Shown: positions 7,517 to 16,963, counted from the first letter of the stretch. The stretch: DNA of 29,780 nt from an uncultured archaeon (GCA_964610875.1 CAZSWP010000019.1:1-29780), one strand, 5' to 3'. A program made the numbers and translations. Notes: generated by a model from the sequence alone, not told the origin.

Positions 7517-10500
7517 ATGAGTGATACCCCTGGTATTGATATTGTTGAGTATAGCGAAGACCTTGCTGAAGAATTAGCTAAGATGTACAACAGTTGGGAC
7601 GAATTATGGCCCGGTGGGTACACACAAGGTGTGCCGTACACTGCTGAACGTGTAAGAAAACAATTTGGAAAAATGAGTGCAATTGCCATTCTAATTGCTT
7701 TAGATGCCGAATCAGGAAAACCTCTAGGTTCCTGCACACTTCATCAGCACTGGCGTGATAATGATGCTGCTTATGTTGGAACATTAGGTGTTTCTCCTGA
7801 AGCTCTTAACAAGAAAATTGGGAAACGGCTACTACTTAGATCAATTGAGATTACTAGAAATCAAGGTTACCAACGGATGGACCTTGGAACATGGGCTGGA
7901 AATATGAGAGCAGTTCCATTGTATAAGAAGATAGGCTTAATGTGGAATCCAGAACGTAACGGTGTTCAAATGGAAGACTATATTCCAGCGGTCATGGAGC
8001 ATCCTTTTTCCAAACCGTTTTTCGAAAAAATCGATGAACCAGATGGATGGTACAATGCTCATGTTCGCGAAATAGAACAAGCACCTGACGACTACACTGT
8101 TGGTGGAATGAAAGTCTATCCTTACAGTTTTAGAAAAGGTGATGATGAGCTTCATGGGACAGTTGATAGATATGGTCGCTGTCTTACCGGCATTGAACGA
8201 ACAATAGATGGGAAACAGTTGCGTATAAATGCTCGACTTGATGATCACGAGGTTCTCTGTGGTGTACCGACGAAATATTATATTGAGATTGAAAATAATC
8301 AGGGTGAAGATGTAGAAGTCAGAGTATCTCTGAAAGGGCCCAAATTCCTACATTTTGACTCGCCATCACAAGAGAAATTTGTTTTAAAGAATGGTGACAG
8401 ACGGGACCTAGTATTTGAGTTTCATCTGGATGAAAGCGCCCCTATACACCAACTCGAAATTAAATCTCCCCAGGTATGTGCGGAAATCGAAGTAGATGGT
8501 CAGCTTGGTGTTCTCTGCACAGGTATGGTGGTTCGTCCAATTGCAGATATTCGTCAACGTTTTGGAATAGCCAGAATTACTCCTTTAGGTATAACACAAA
8601 TCCCACTTACAATCATTGGCTCTTCCAAGAGGAAACTGAAAGGTCAACTCAATATTGAAACACCTAATCCTGATATTCAGGTAAAACTTCCTAATGGTAA
8701 GATCGAAATACCTCCTGCAGGTCTTGCAGGAATGGTTATTGATGTTGTAACGAAATCAAGAATAGAACCAGGCAGTTATGACCTCTGGGCAAATCTTGAA
8801 CTTGAAATTCAAAATGGTGATTCACAAAAATCAAAAGTCAAAACGAGAAACTTCAGAATCCCTGTTTTTTGTACTGAAAATAATGAAGTTGCTGTAAGTT
8901 TTGATGACCGAGAAGATAGAGTGTTAATTGCATCGGATGCATTCAAAGCAACATTCGATCATGAAGGAGGCATTCTTAGAATTAGAGAATCGCCAGACAC
9001 TGAGCTTGGTTCAGATATACTTCGAACGGAAGTGGGTCCTCCTTTTGGGATGACTCCTTTTCGATTTGCTAGACGTGAAAGCAAGATTGAGTATAGTGAG
9101 GACCACATAACAGTTACAATGGAGGCTCAGCATCCAGATAGACCATTATTGATAGAAGACAAAGCTATTTTCACTCATAGGTCTAATATGATTCTCTATG
9201 AATCATGGATGACAAATACAAGTGATGAAGAACATCATTGTCAAGTTAGAATCATGGGTAGTGGAGGTGGAATATCCATAAGTCCTGGTACAAAATGGAT
9301 TCCCCTCAAATCCGGTGTTTTCAAGGCTCCATTTGGGCATGGTTTGTTCAACTATCCATCCATTCCACCAAATGCTGATATTTACAAAGAAGGATGGCTT
9401 GCGAAAACTGGTATTTCAGGAGTGAGAGGACAACTCTGGGATCTTGATGAAATTGAAGAAATTCGTATTGGGATGACGCAATTTATGACACTCCAATACA
9501 AGCCAATAGTTTTGAAACCAGGTGAAAAACGCAAGGTGGCATCTGTCTGGACAATACTCTGCATGGGTGGTTGGTCAGACATCCAAGAAAAGTATTATCA
9601 AATAATCAAAAATAGAACAGGTGCTAGTATAGTTATGACCGAACCAAAGGATGCTTTTTCTATATTTGATGTAGAGAATCCTGCGTTCATTATCAATCAA
9701 GATGACCCAGAGAAAATTCACCTGAAATTACGGAAAGGCATCTCTGCTCCAATACCAGTACTCGTGAATATTGATGCTCCACTCGGATGGTCTGTCAATC
9801 CCACTGTCGTTGAGAACCATATGTTTGAGGATGGTGAAGAAATAGAGATTGAAGTTAAAGCAGACGATAAGATTGTTGAAGGTCCATTAGCCAGTGAAGG
9901 GATAGTGAAACTAACTGTGGGAAGTCAGATACAGAAATCATTTACTCTAGTCAAACTTGGCAAAGAGAAAGGAACTGTTGATGTGAAGGAAACAGAACGA
10001 GATGGTCTTAGAATCTTCCGAGTGAAGAACGATGTTTGTGAATTTGAAGTATCACCAGATTTTGGTGGATGCATAATATCTTTGAAAAACAAGCAAGGTA
10101 CAGAACTTCTGGTTTCTTCGTTTCCTGAGCAAAAACCAAAGCCTGGTGGATTTATGGATAACTACTTTGGTGGAGTACAACCAGTTGTTTGGGATAATGA
10201 AATGGATGAGGGATTGGATAAAGCTCAGACCAATCGAGAAATTATGGATGCGAAGATTGTAGAGGATGGTTTATGGAAAGGGGTTGAAATATCTTGGACA
10301 GGTCATATCCAGAAAACTACAAGGGGCATACCTCTGGCGCTTCAATATCTGACTACTCCTGGAAGTAGAGTAATACGAGTTAGATGGATTATCAACAATG
10401 TCACAACTGCGCCTGTAAAGATGTATCCTTCTCTATTTCTAGATCCTGCCTTCGATGGAGATACCTCCGATTTAATGTTAAGAGTAAACTGGGAAGGAAG

Positions 10501-10795
10501 AGAAACTGATGTAAAGCCAGAACAATTCCCTGTAGTACCTATGGCTGATGGCAACTATATCTGGGTTCGAAAAGGTGTTTCGGATGTTGATGCACAGGGT
10601 TTTGCATTGATTACTTCTGAAGGTGTTGCGAAAGCATTGGGCCTGACTATTTCTTCTTTCATCTTGATTGGGATGATTGAGCATATGACATATTTGATGC
10701 CTGATGAAACCAAGACAATAGAGAATCTTCTCCTGATAGATCCAAAAGGCGTGTCTGAAATAAAGGCTGTTCAAAAAGTAATCGACAATCTGTAA
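7517..10795 (+). CDS. Large GNAT-family N-acetyltransferase multidomain protein
   Basis: N-terminal GNAT fold (AYVGTLGVSP...KKIGKRLL acetyl-CoA motif, GNMRAVPLYKKIG) followed by about 900 aa of beta-rich domains. SD AGGTGA upstream of the ATG. Confidence 0.85.
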   Translation: MSDTPGIDIVEYSEDLAEELAKMYNSWDELWPGGYTQGVPYTAERVRKQFGKMSAIAILIALDAESGKPLGSCTLHQHWRDNDAAYVGTLGVSPEALNKKIGKRLLLRSIEITRNQGYQRMDLGTWAGNMRAVPLYKKIGLMWNPERNGVQMEDYIPAVMEHPFSKPFFEKIDEPDGWYNAHVREIEQAPDDYTVGGMKVYPYSFRKGDDELHGTVDRYGRCLTGIERTIDGKQLRINARLDDHEVLCGVPTKYYIEIENNQGEDVEVRVSLKGPKFLHFDSPSQEKFVLKNGDRRDLVFEFHLDESAPIHQLEIKSPQVCAEIEVDGQLGVLCTGMVVRPIADIRQRFGIARITPLGITQIPLTIIGSSKRKLKGQLNIETPNPDIQVKLPNGKIEIPPAGLAGMVIDVVTKSRIEPGSYDLWANLELEIQNGDSQKSKVKTRNFRIPVFCTENNEVAVSFDDREDRVLIASDAFKATFDHEGGILRIRESPDTELGSDILRTEVGPPFGMTPFRFARRESKIEYSEDHITVTMEAQHPDRPLLIEDKAIFTHRSNMILYESWMTNTSDEEHHCQVRIMGSGGGISISPGTKWIPLKSGVFKAPFGHGLFNYPSIPPNADIYKEGWLAKTGISGVRGQLWDLDEIEEIRIGMTQFMTLQYKPIVLKPGEKRKVASVWTILCMGGWSDIQEKYYQIIKNRTGASIVMTEPKDAFSIFDVENPAFIINQDDPEKIHLKLRKGISAPIPVLVNIDAPLGWSVNPTVVENHMFEDGEEIEIEVKADDKIVEGPLASEGIVKLTVGSQIQKSFTLVKLGKEKGTVDVKETERDGLRIFRVKNDVCEFEVSPDFGGCIISLKNKQGTELLVSSFPEQKPKPGGFMDNYFGGVQPVVWDNEMDEGLDKAQTNREIMDAKIVEDGLWKGVEISWTGHIQKTTRGIPLALQYLTTPGSRVIRVRWIINNVTTAPVKMYPSLFLDPAFDGDTSDLMLRVNWEGRETDVKPEQFPVVPMADGNYIWVRKGVSDVDAQGFALITSEGVAKALGLTISSFILIGMIEHMTYLMPDETKTIENLLLIDPKGVSEIKAVQKVIDNL

Positions 10796-10805
10796 AAAAG
10801 GATGA

Positions 10806-10870
10806 TGTTTGTGGAACGTACAATGATATGTAGAGATTTACTCCGCAAATCATTCTATGTTCCATGAATG
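10806..10870 (+). other. Long imperfect hairpin between convergent genes (terminator/ncRNA/degenerate palindromic element)
   Basis: 30-position stem, 27 paired (21 Watson-Crick + 6 G-U on the + strand), loop ATTTA at 10836-10840. Confidence 0.6.
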
Positions 10871-11002
10871 AATTCATTCAAGAGATATTATCGAATTGTA
10901 TTTCTAGCAAACTGCTTTATCTGCTGTTTCCCAACTCTTGAGTGTGTTTTACGATCCGCACACTCAACTTGAGTTTCAACATCTTGTGGTGTATTGACTA
11001 GA

Positions 11003-11518
11003 TTATCGAGATGAGTGCAGTCTGAAGCTGTCTGCGAGTCTTTTGTTGACAGTGGTAAGCACCTCCTGAGGTTTTTTTGGAATTCTTTTCCCGTTATCGT
11101 ATTTACCGAATACAACAAGTAGACCATATGGTCCTCCGTCAGGTGATGGAACTAAAGCGCCACATCGAATTCTTCTAGTGATGCCAAAACCTGTTTCAAA
11201 CATTATTGCATGTCTTCTAACATTGTCTAAATCCAGATATGCGGCATTTCCTAATCTTACTCGGTGGTATTTGCTATCAGTATAGTAATCATTAATTAGA
11301 TTCTCAAGGGCTTTTACATCATGTGATTCTGATCTGTATGGGTGGACCGTTAACTCAAAGATACCTTGTGGCGGTCTTGAGAGGGAAAGATATGTTCCCG
11401 AATCAGGAAATTTCTCCACTCTCATACCTGATTCAACCCAGTCAACAGAGAATCCTATTGGGGGCATGTTATGTTTGAATGCCTCTGATAAGGAAAGTTC
11501 TAGGACTCCTTCAGTCAC
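11003..11518 (-). CDS. Hypothetical protein (about 171 aa, alpha/beta)
   Basis: Protein-like ORF; GTG at 11518 preceded by an SD-like AAGGTG. No family recognised with confidence. Confidence 0.7.
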   Translation of the reverse strand: MTEGVLELSLSEAFKHNMPPIGFSVDWVESGMRVEKFPDSGTYLSLSRPPQGIFELTVHPYRSESHDVKALENLINDYYTDSKYHRVRLGNAAYLDLDNVRRHAIMFETGFGITRRIRCGALVPSPDGGPYGLLVVFGKYDNGKRIPKKPQEVLTTVNKRLADSFRLHSSR

Positions 11519-11969
11519 TAGTCTTTGCACCTTTCTACACAATTGGTTACTAAATGAAAATCACCGGGTGGGGTTGCTGTTGTCCTGGTTGAAAGAACCA
11601 GATTATTTTTTGGTTTGCGCCATTCATAGTTTGGCGTTATGGCTTCTATTTTATTGTTACACATTTTCTTAAACTCCTAAATTTCTAATCGTTATCAAAA
11701 CCTGTCTATCATAATGGTGACAGGACTTCAACGGGCAATATAAAGAGCAATTGAATTTAATAGACTAGTACCCGTTTTCTTGAATTTCTCTATCAATACC
11801 TTCTTCGCTCTATTAATTAAAGTTGGATACCTATCTATATAAGTATTTGGCTTTAGTGGCCTTATTTACTCGAAAAAAGGTCTATAAAACCTTAATTTAA
11901 AAAAATTAAAACTATGAATCTCATTTTAAATATGAATTATGACCTTCTTTATGGACACATTCAAAGGGC

Positions 11970-11985
11970 GGAAAGCTTACTTTCC
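11970..11985. promoter_or_regulatory. Palindrome upstream of the SCP2 operon, candidate operator
   Basis: GGAAAG-CTTA-CTTTCC, 34-49 nt upstream of ATG 12019, where an archaeal BRE/TATA would lie. Confidence 0.4.
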
Positions 11986-12018
11986 AGTCACACCCTCGAT
12001 GAGAAAGTTGTGTTTGAC

Positions 12019-12375
12019 ATGATTGGTGAAGCGCCTCGGGATTTTGTTGGCAGACTTGTAAGCATAGTATTAGCGAAAGGATTGGAAAAGAAGAATGATT
12101 CCATCAAGGATTGGAAGATGAGGGTTTTAGTTCAAACAAATTACTATCCTGTGAGTCTTGAGTTCAATGAAGGTCTGTCAATCAGGAAGGGTAGTATCAT
12201 GGATCCTACATTGGAAGTCAAATTTGATATGGACACTTTGGTCGAATTGGTTACTGGTGTCAAATCACCATTGAAATGTGTACTTAGCGGTGATATCAAA
12301 ATGAAGGGATTTTTCCGTCATCCAATCGCAGGATTTCGTTTCTACAATTTGATGGTTGCATCCATTGGAGGTTGA
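12019..12375 (+). CDS. SCP2 (sterol carrier protein 2-like) lipid-binding domain protein
   Basis: SIRKGSIMDPTLEVKFDMDTLVELVTG..SP...VLSGDIKMKG matches the SCP2 C-terminal pattern. Start MIGE at 12019 preferred over the AT-rich upstream extension. Confidence 0.8.
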   Translation: MIGEAPRDFVGRLVSIVLAKGLEKKNDSIKDWKMRVLVQTNYYPVSLEFNEGLSIRKGSIMDPTLEVKFDMDTLVELVTGVKSPLKCVLSGDIKMKGFFRHPIAGFRFYNLMVASIGG

Positions 12376-12378
12376 GGA

Positions 12379-13803
12379 ATGAGTATCAAGGAATTACTTG
12401 AACCAATTGTAGGAGAGCAATATGTTTCTACAAGAGAGTCTGATAGGTACATCTATTCCTCTGATAGCACAGAAAATCCTGCAGTTAAACCATTGGCAAT
12501 TGTGATGCCAAAATCTGTAGATGAAATTCAAAAAATCATCAAGTTGGCAAATGATACTCTAACACCAATTGTGCCTTTTATAACCGGTCAGAATGTTGGT
12601 GGCCTTACAATTCCACAAGTTGAGGATTCATTGATTATAGATATGAAACGTATGGATAGCATAATCCATGTAGATGAAGATGCAATGTATGCTCTTCTCG
12701 AGCCAGGTGTAACTTTTGGTCATCTCAGAAGGTACTTGGATGAACACCATCCTAGTCTTCGTTATACATATCCACTTGCTCCTCCTTATACCTCAATATT
12801 GGCCAACGCCCTTCTCCAAGGTCTGTGTGACCTCTCTACTAAACACGGTGCTATGGCTGATTTTGTGAATGGTATGGAAATTGTCCTTCCAACTGGTGAG
12901 GTTATACGAACTGGGTCTGGAATCATGGGGGATGATAATTGGTTTGGAAGATATCCACTACCTGACATTGTTGGGCTATTTAGCGGATGGCAAGGAATGA
13001 CCGGTATCGTCACAAAGATTGCTATTCAACTGTGGCCACGACCTCCCTATATCGAACATGCAGCTTTATTCTCCTTTGGTGAGCATGAAACAACTGGTCT
13101 TATCACTGAGATTGCTAGAACACAATTGCTTGATGATGCAGACTGCATGTCTCTCTCCCTTGTGAAGATGTTACTTGGAATTGGGTATCCGGTTGAAATG
13201 TTTACTGGAGAACCAGATTATGCGACATTGATTTCAGTCTCTGGACATACACAAACTGAGATTGAGGAAAAGCTAACCGTAACTGAGAAAATCGTTAATG
13301 ATTGGAAGAAGACGGATTCACGCCATCTTCTAGTCAGGTGGAATGCAATTAGCAAACTCATGGGGGAACAGGCTCTCACTTGGGTTGACTTTCCCTCAGA
13401 TGCTTTTAAGATTCTCACTGAATTTGATGGTCTGACATGGGTGGGTACCTATATTCATCCCAGGAATTGGGGGACAGCGCTCCATGGAGGTCGTGCTATT
13501 ATCGAGCGACATGGTTTTGAACTCATGGCTTTTCTAAAACCAATGAATGGCATGCATTTTGGCGAATTCAAATTCATCATCCGTTTTCCTAAGGATTCGG
13601 AAACTATCACCAGAGTTAAAGCATGTAATGAGGAACTACTAGACTTTGCACTCGGATTGAAAGCCATTCCTTACAAAACCCCCGTTTGGGCTGCAAAAAA
13701 ACTTCAGGATCGAGCTGACCCTGAATTTGTGAACTTGTTGCGGCGCATCAAGAAGTTACTTGATCCCAATGAAATAATGAACCCTGGGCGGTGGGCATTG
13801 TAA
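12379..13803 (+). CDS. FAD-binding oxidoreductase, VAO/PCMH-GlcD superfamily
   Basis: P.AIVMPKSVDEIQ.IIKLAN, LEPGVT, EIVLPTGEVIRTG, GMTGIVTKI, IKKLLDPNEIMNPG. Confidence 0.9.
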   Translation: MSIKELLEPIVGEQYVSTRESDRYIYSSDSTENPAVKPLAIVMPKSVDEIQKIIKLANDTLTPIVPFITGQNVGGLTIPQVEDSLIIDMKRMDSIIHVDEDAMYALLEPGVTFGHLRRYLDEHHPSLRYTYPLAPPYTSILANALLQGLCDLSTKHGAMADFVNGMEIVLPTGEVIRTGSGIMGDDNWFGRYPLPDIVGLFSGWQGMTGIVTKIAIQLWPRPPYIEHAALFSFGEHETTGLITEIARTQLLDDADCMSLSLVKMLLGIGYPVEMFTGEPDYATLISVSGHTQTEIEEKLTVTEKIVNDWKKTDSRHLLVRWNAISKLMGEQALTWVDFPSDAFKILTEFDGLTWVGTYIHPRNWGTALHGGRAIIERHGFELMAFLKPMNGMHFGEFKFIIRFPKDSETITRVKACNEELLDFALGLKAIPYKTPVWAAKKLQDRADPEFVNLLRRIKKLLDPNEIMNPGRWAL

Positions 13804-14936
13804 TGGAATCCACTTCTAAAATCTCTGATTGGCTACATCGATGTGTGAGATGTGGTAACTGTAAATACGTATTTCGAGAATATGTGCCATCATGCCCATC
13901 AGGTGCATTCTATTTTTTTGAATCATTTTTCGCATCTGGAAGAATAAAACTTGCACAGGCAATGGAAGAAGGATTAATTGATTGGGATGATTCAATTAAG
14001 GAGTCACTTTTTTCCTGTACTACCTGTGCTAGCTGTCAAGAACAATGTCTTGCTCCGCATCACGAGTCAATAGTAGAAATTATTGAAGCTGCACGAGTGA
14101 AGGTTGTAGAAACACAAGGTGCCTTACCTCAGCATAAAGCATTCAGCGATAATATAGTGGTTCTTCATAACCCATATGGAGCCTCGCATCACGATCAAAT
14201 GCTTCGAGAAGAATTAGGACTACCCGAAAAAGCAGAATATGTCTATTTCATAGGGTGTACCTCAAACTATCGAGAAAAGCAGATTCGTGATGCTACAATC
14301 TCTCTGTTGATAAAAGGAGGAGTTGACTTTACAATTGTGGATGAATACTGTTGTTCTTCTCCTCTCTTGAGAACAGGACAGCTTAAGCAAGTCGAAGGTT
14401 TGATGGAACATAATTCAGAACAAATCACAAATACCAGTGCTCAGAGAGTTATCACTTCATGTGCAGGTTGTTATAGAACACTAAAAGACGAATATCAAAA
14501 GAAAGGTTACTTGAAAGGTGTTGAAGTACTACATATTTCAGAACTCATTGAGAGATTGCTAGAGAAGAAGCATCTCATGGTAAGAAATAGCAGCATGAAG
14601 ACAACGGTTACCTACCATGATCCATGCCATCTCGGGCGTCATATGAATGTCTACGAAAATCCTAGAAACGTTCTTCAGCTCCTTGGTGTTGATATGATTG
14701 AGATGCAATCGAATCAAGAGAATGCGTGGTGTTGCGGTGCTGGAGGTGGAGTAAAGGCTGCATTCAAACCCATGGCTAAAGCAACTGGAACCAAACGAGT
14801 TCAAGATGCTCTCGAAACTGGTACAAAAACTCTAGTCACTACATGTCCATTCTGTGTCCGCAATCTTTCAGATTCTGATTCGGGGAATCAGCTAGAGGTT
14901 ATAGATCTGTCCGAGCTAGTTGATAGATTAACATGA
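13803..14936 (+). CDS. Fe-S protein with 2x[4Fe-4S] and two CCG domains (GlcF/GlpC/HdrD-like)
   Basis: CVRCGNC..CP, CTTCASCQEQC, YFIGC, EYCC, TSCAGC, YHDPCHLGR, WCCGAGGG, TTCPFC. TAATG stop/start overlap with the upstream gene. Confidence 0.92.
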   Translation: MESTSKISDWLHRCVRCGNCKYVFREYVPSCPSGAFYFFESFFASGRIKLAQAMEEGLIDWDDSIKESLFSCTTCASCQEQCLAPHHESIVEIIEAARVKVVETQGALPQHKAFSDNIVVLHNPYGASHHDQMLREELGLPEKAEYVYFIGCTSNYREKQIRDATISLLIKGGVDFTIVDEYCCSSPLLRTGQLKQVEGLMEHNSEQITNTSAQRVITSCAGCYRTLKDEYQKKGYLKGVEVLHISELIERLLEKKHLMVRNSSMKTTVTYHDPCHLGRHMNVYENPRNVLQLLGVDMIEMQSNQENAWCCGAGGGVKAAFKPMAKATGTKRVQDALETGTKTLVTTCPFCVRNLSDSDSGNQLEVIDLSELVDRLT

Positions 14937-14941
14937 ATAAA

Positions 14942-15936
14942 CTATCGTGGTTTCACGAATCCTCCCCACTCAACCATATCCCGTGCGGTTGAATTCAAGT
15001 CCCATTTTGGTTCATAGCCAAGCTCTTCTTCGAGCTTTGACCAATCTATAATATATGTGGAACCTAGCATATTTGCTCTGAATTTTGTTAAGACTGGTGC
15101 ATTTTCTCTTCCCAATTTCTCATATAGATCCTCAGCTATTCCGCCAAGACCTGTTGTGACTCGATATGGTATGCTTCTCCATTTAGGTTCGATATCGAGT
15201 TCTTTTGCTAAAGCCTCAAGGAGCTCTCTGAATTCACAGGTGAAGGAAACAACATTGTATGCATTATCATTTGCTTGATTTATTTTCTCGGCAGCTAACA
15301 CAAGAGCTCTTGCAACATCTTCAGCATGAACAAAACTCTGAACATTCTTTCCACCACTGAAAACATACATGCCACCTTCCTTTAGACGCTCAATAAAGAT
15401 GGGTCCTGTGAACATATCTCCATGACCAAATACCACCGGTGGTCTGATCACAGTATGTTTTATTCCGTGTTGAGAACAAATTTTTCGAACTAATTTTTCA
15501 GCAGCAACCTTCGACCGTTGGTATGCATTTGTGGGCGCAATCTCTGTTTCTTCAGTCATCGGGATGTCATTGTTGGGGAATCCATAAAGTGCTGTGGATG
15601 ATGTAAAGATGAAATTGGGAATATCTTTCATCCTAGCACTCTCAAGAACATTTCTGGTTCCTTCGACATTTACTGGGAAAAAGTGATCCTCTCCTCCCCA
15701 ATCCACCATTATTGCCGCATTGTGAAAAAGCCACTCTGTTTCATCCGAAATCGCATTTTCAAGACTATCTGGATTTGTGACATCACCGATTTTCTTCTGA
15801 TACCTCAAGTTGTGTATGAGATGTGGATCCGAGGTCTCTCGCATCAGGACATCTACTTCATGACCCATTGCATCAAGTAGCCGAACAACGTGGCTACCAT
15901 TAAGCCAGTTCCACCTGTAACGAAACACTTGGTCAT
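14942..15936 (-). pseudogene. Extended SDR (NAD-dependent epimerase / 3-beta-HSD-like), frameshifted near the N-terminus
   Basis: ATG 15936 gives MTKCFVTGGTGL, then the frame changes at about 15899 to GSHVVRLL. Downstream HNAA, FTSST, YQRSK and RPPVVFG are intact. One missing nucleotide; real lesion or sequencing error. Confidence 0.8.
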
Positions 15937-16073
15937 TTGGAATCACATTCTTCTGATAGTTGGTGTTACATTTAATTTAGGTGGTTTATTAGTATCCTTC
16001 ACTATTATGGATGATTTGATAGTGCACAAAATTAACCCAGTTTGAAATACAAGCTTTCCAATAAGCAAATGCA

Positions 16074-16080
16074 TTTTAAG
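16074..16080 (+). promoter_or_regulatory. Candidate TATA box of the ABC operon
   Basis: TTTTAAG preceded by purine-rich AAGCAAATG, about 55 nt upstream of ATG 16134. Confidence 0.3.
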
Positions 16081-16133
16081 GGGATTAGCCTACTACGCTA
16101 TTCGAATCATTGGATTCATAGGACGGAAAAAAA

Positions 16134-16955
16134 ATGGACAACAAGATTATAGCATTTCTCGTTGTCGGATTAGTTGTAGGATTCGGTATTGGTTATGCAA
16201 TACCAGTCTTTCTTTTGCCTCCTGCTGAGCCAGTAACTACTGACCTTCTTGATACCATAATTGATAGAGGCTACTTAATTGCTGGTACCAGTTCAGGTTG
16301 GCCGCCATTCGAAATGGTGAACGACACGACAAACGAACTATACGGATTTGACATAGCACTAGTAGAAAAAATTGCTGACTACATTAATGATGAGTATGAT
16401 GCTTCTATCACTGTAGAGTGGGAAGACCTAGCATTCGATTCACTCATTGGTGCGTGTCAAGCAGGAACGGTAGATCTGCTCGCAGCTGCATTATTCATAA
16501 CACCTGATCGAACAGCAGTCTTAGCCCCATCAACTTGGTACATTCGTACCAATGAAGTGGTTGTAGTTATGACTGATTCGACACTTACAGTAGAATCACT
16601 TGATGATCTAGATGGTCTGACAGTGGGTGTACAGACAGGAACAGCTGAAGACTATGAGCTTGAAGATCACAATGATGCTGGCGGTTCTGTAACTGTACAG
16701 AAATATCCCAAACCAGATACAATGTTTGCGGATCTCGAAGATGGCACACTGGATGCAGTCTATGTTGACGAACCAGTGCTTTCACTATTTGCAGATCTAT
16801 ATGATCTGAAAGTGGTTTATGAGGTCACAGCTCCACCAACCGCATTGTTTATGCAATACGGAAATCCGAAATTCAAGAAAGCCGTAGATGATGCCATTGC
16901 AAGCTTCTTTGCTGATGGTTCTATGGATGAACTGATTGCAGAATACTTTGGGTGA
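16134..16955 (+). CDS. Polar amino-acid ABC transporter substrate-binding protein (SBP family 3)
   Basis: N-terminal TM anchor; GTSSGWPPFE, GFDIAL, FDSLI, ITPDR, VGVQTGT, L..GTLDAVYVD. Confidence 0.93.
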   Translation: MDNKIIAFLVVGLVVGFGIGYAIPVFLLPPAEPVTTDLLDTIIDRGYLIAGTSSGWPPFEMVNDTTNELYGFDIALVEKIADYINDEYDASITVEWEDLAFDSLIGACQAGTVDLLAAALFITPDRTAVLAPSTWYIRTNEVVVVMTDSTLTVESLDDLDGLTVGVQTGTAEDYELEDHNDAGGSVTVQKYPKPDTMFADLEDGTLDAVYVDEPVLSLFADLYDLKVVYEVTAPPTALFMQYGNPKFKKAVDDAIASFFADGSMDELIAEYFG

Positions 16956-16963
16956 TCTATAAG

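Noticed and set aside
10806-10870. Hairpins containing AUGA (here and at 25819-25910) as eukaryote-like SECIS elements
   Set aside because: AUGA is Watson-Crick paired instead of forming a GA/AG quartet, and no upstream gene shows an in-frame UGA at a Cys position.
10888-11127. 79-aa minus-strand ORF
   Set aside because: It overlaps the 3' half of the 11003-11518 gene in another frame and runs through hairpins, with no recognisable motif.
11560-11735. Known riboswitch (fluoride, c-di-GMP, c-di-AMP)
   Set aside because: Only fragments (GAAAG loop, GGTGA) resemble the consensus; the required conserved motifs and pseudoknots are not present by eye.
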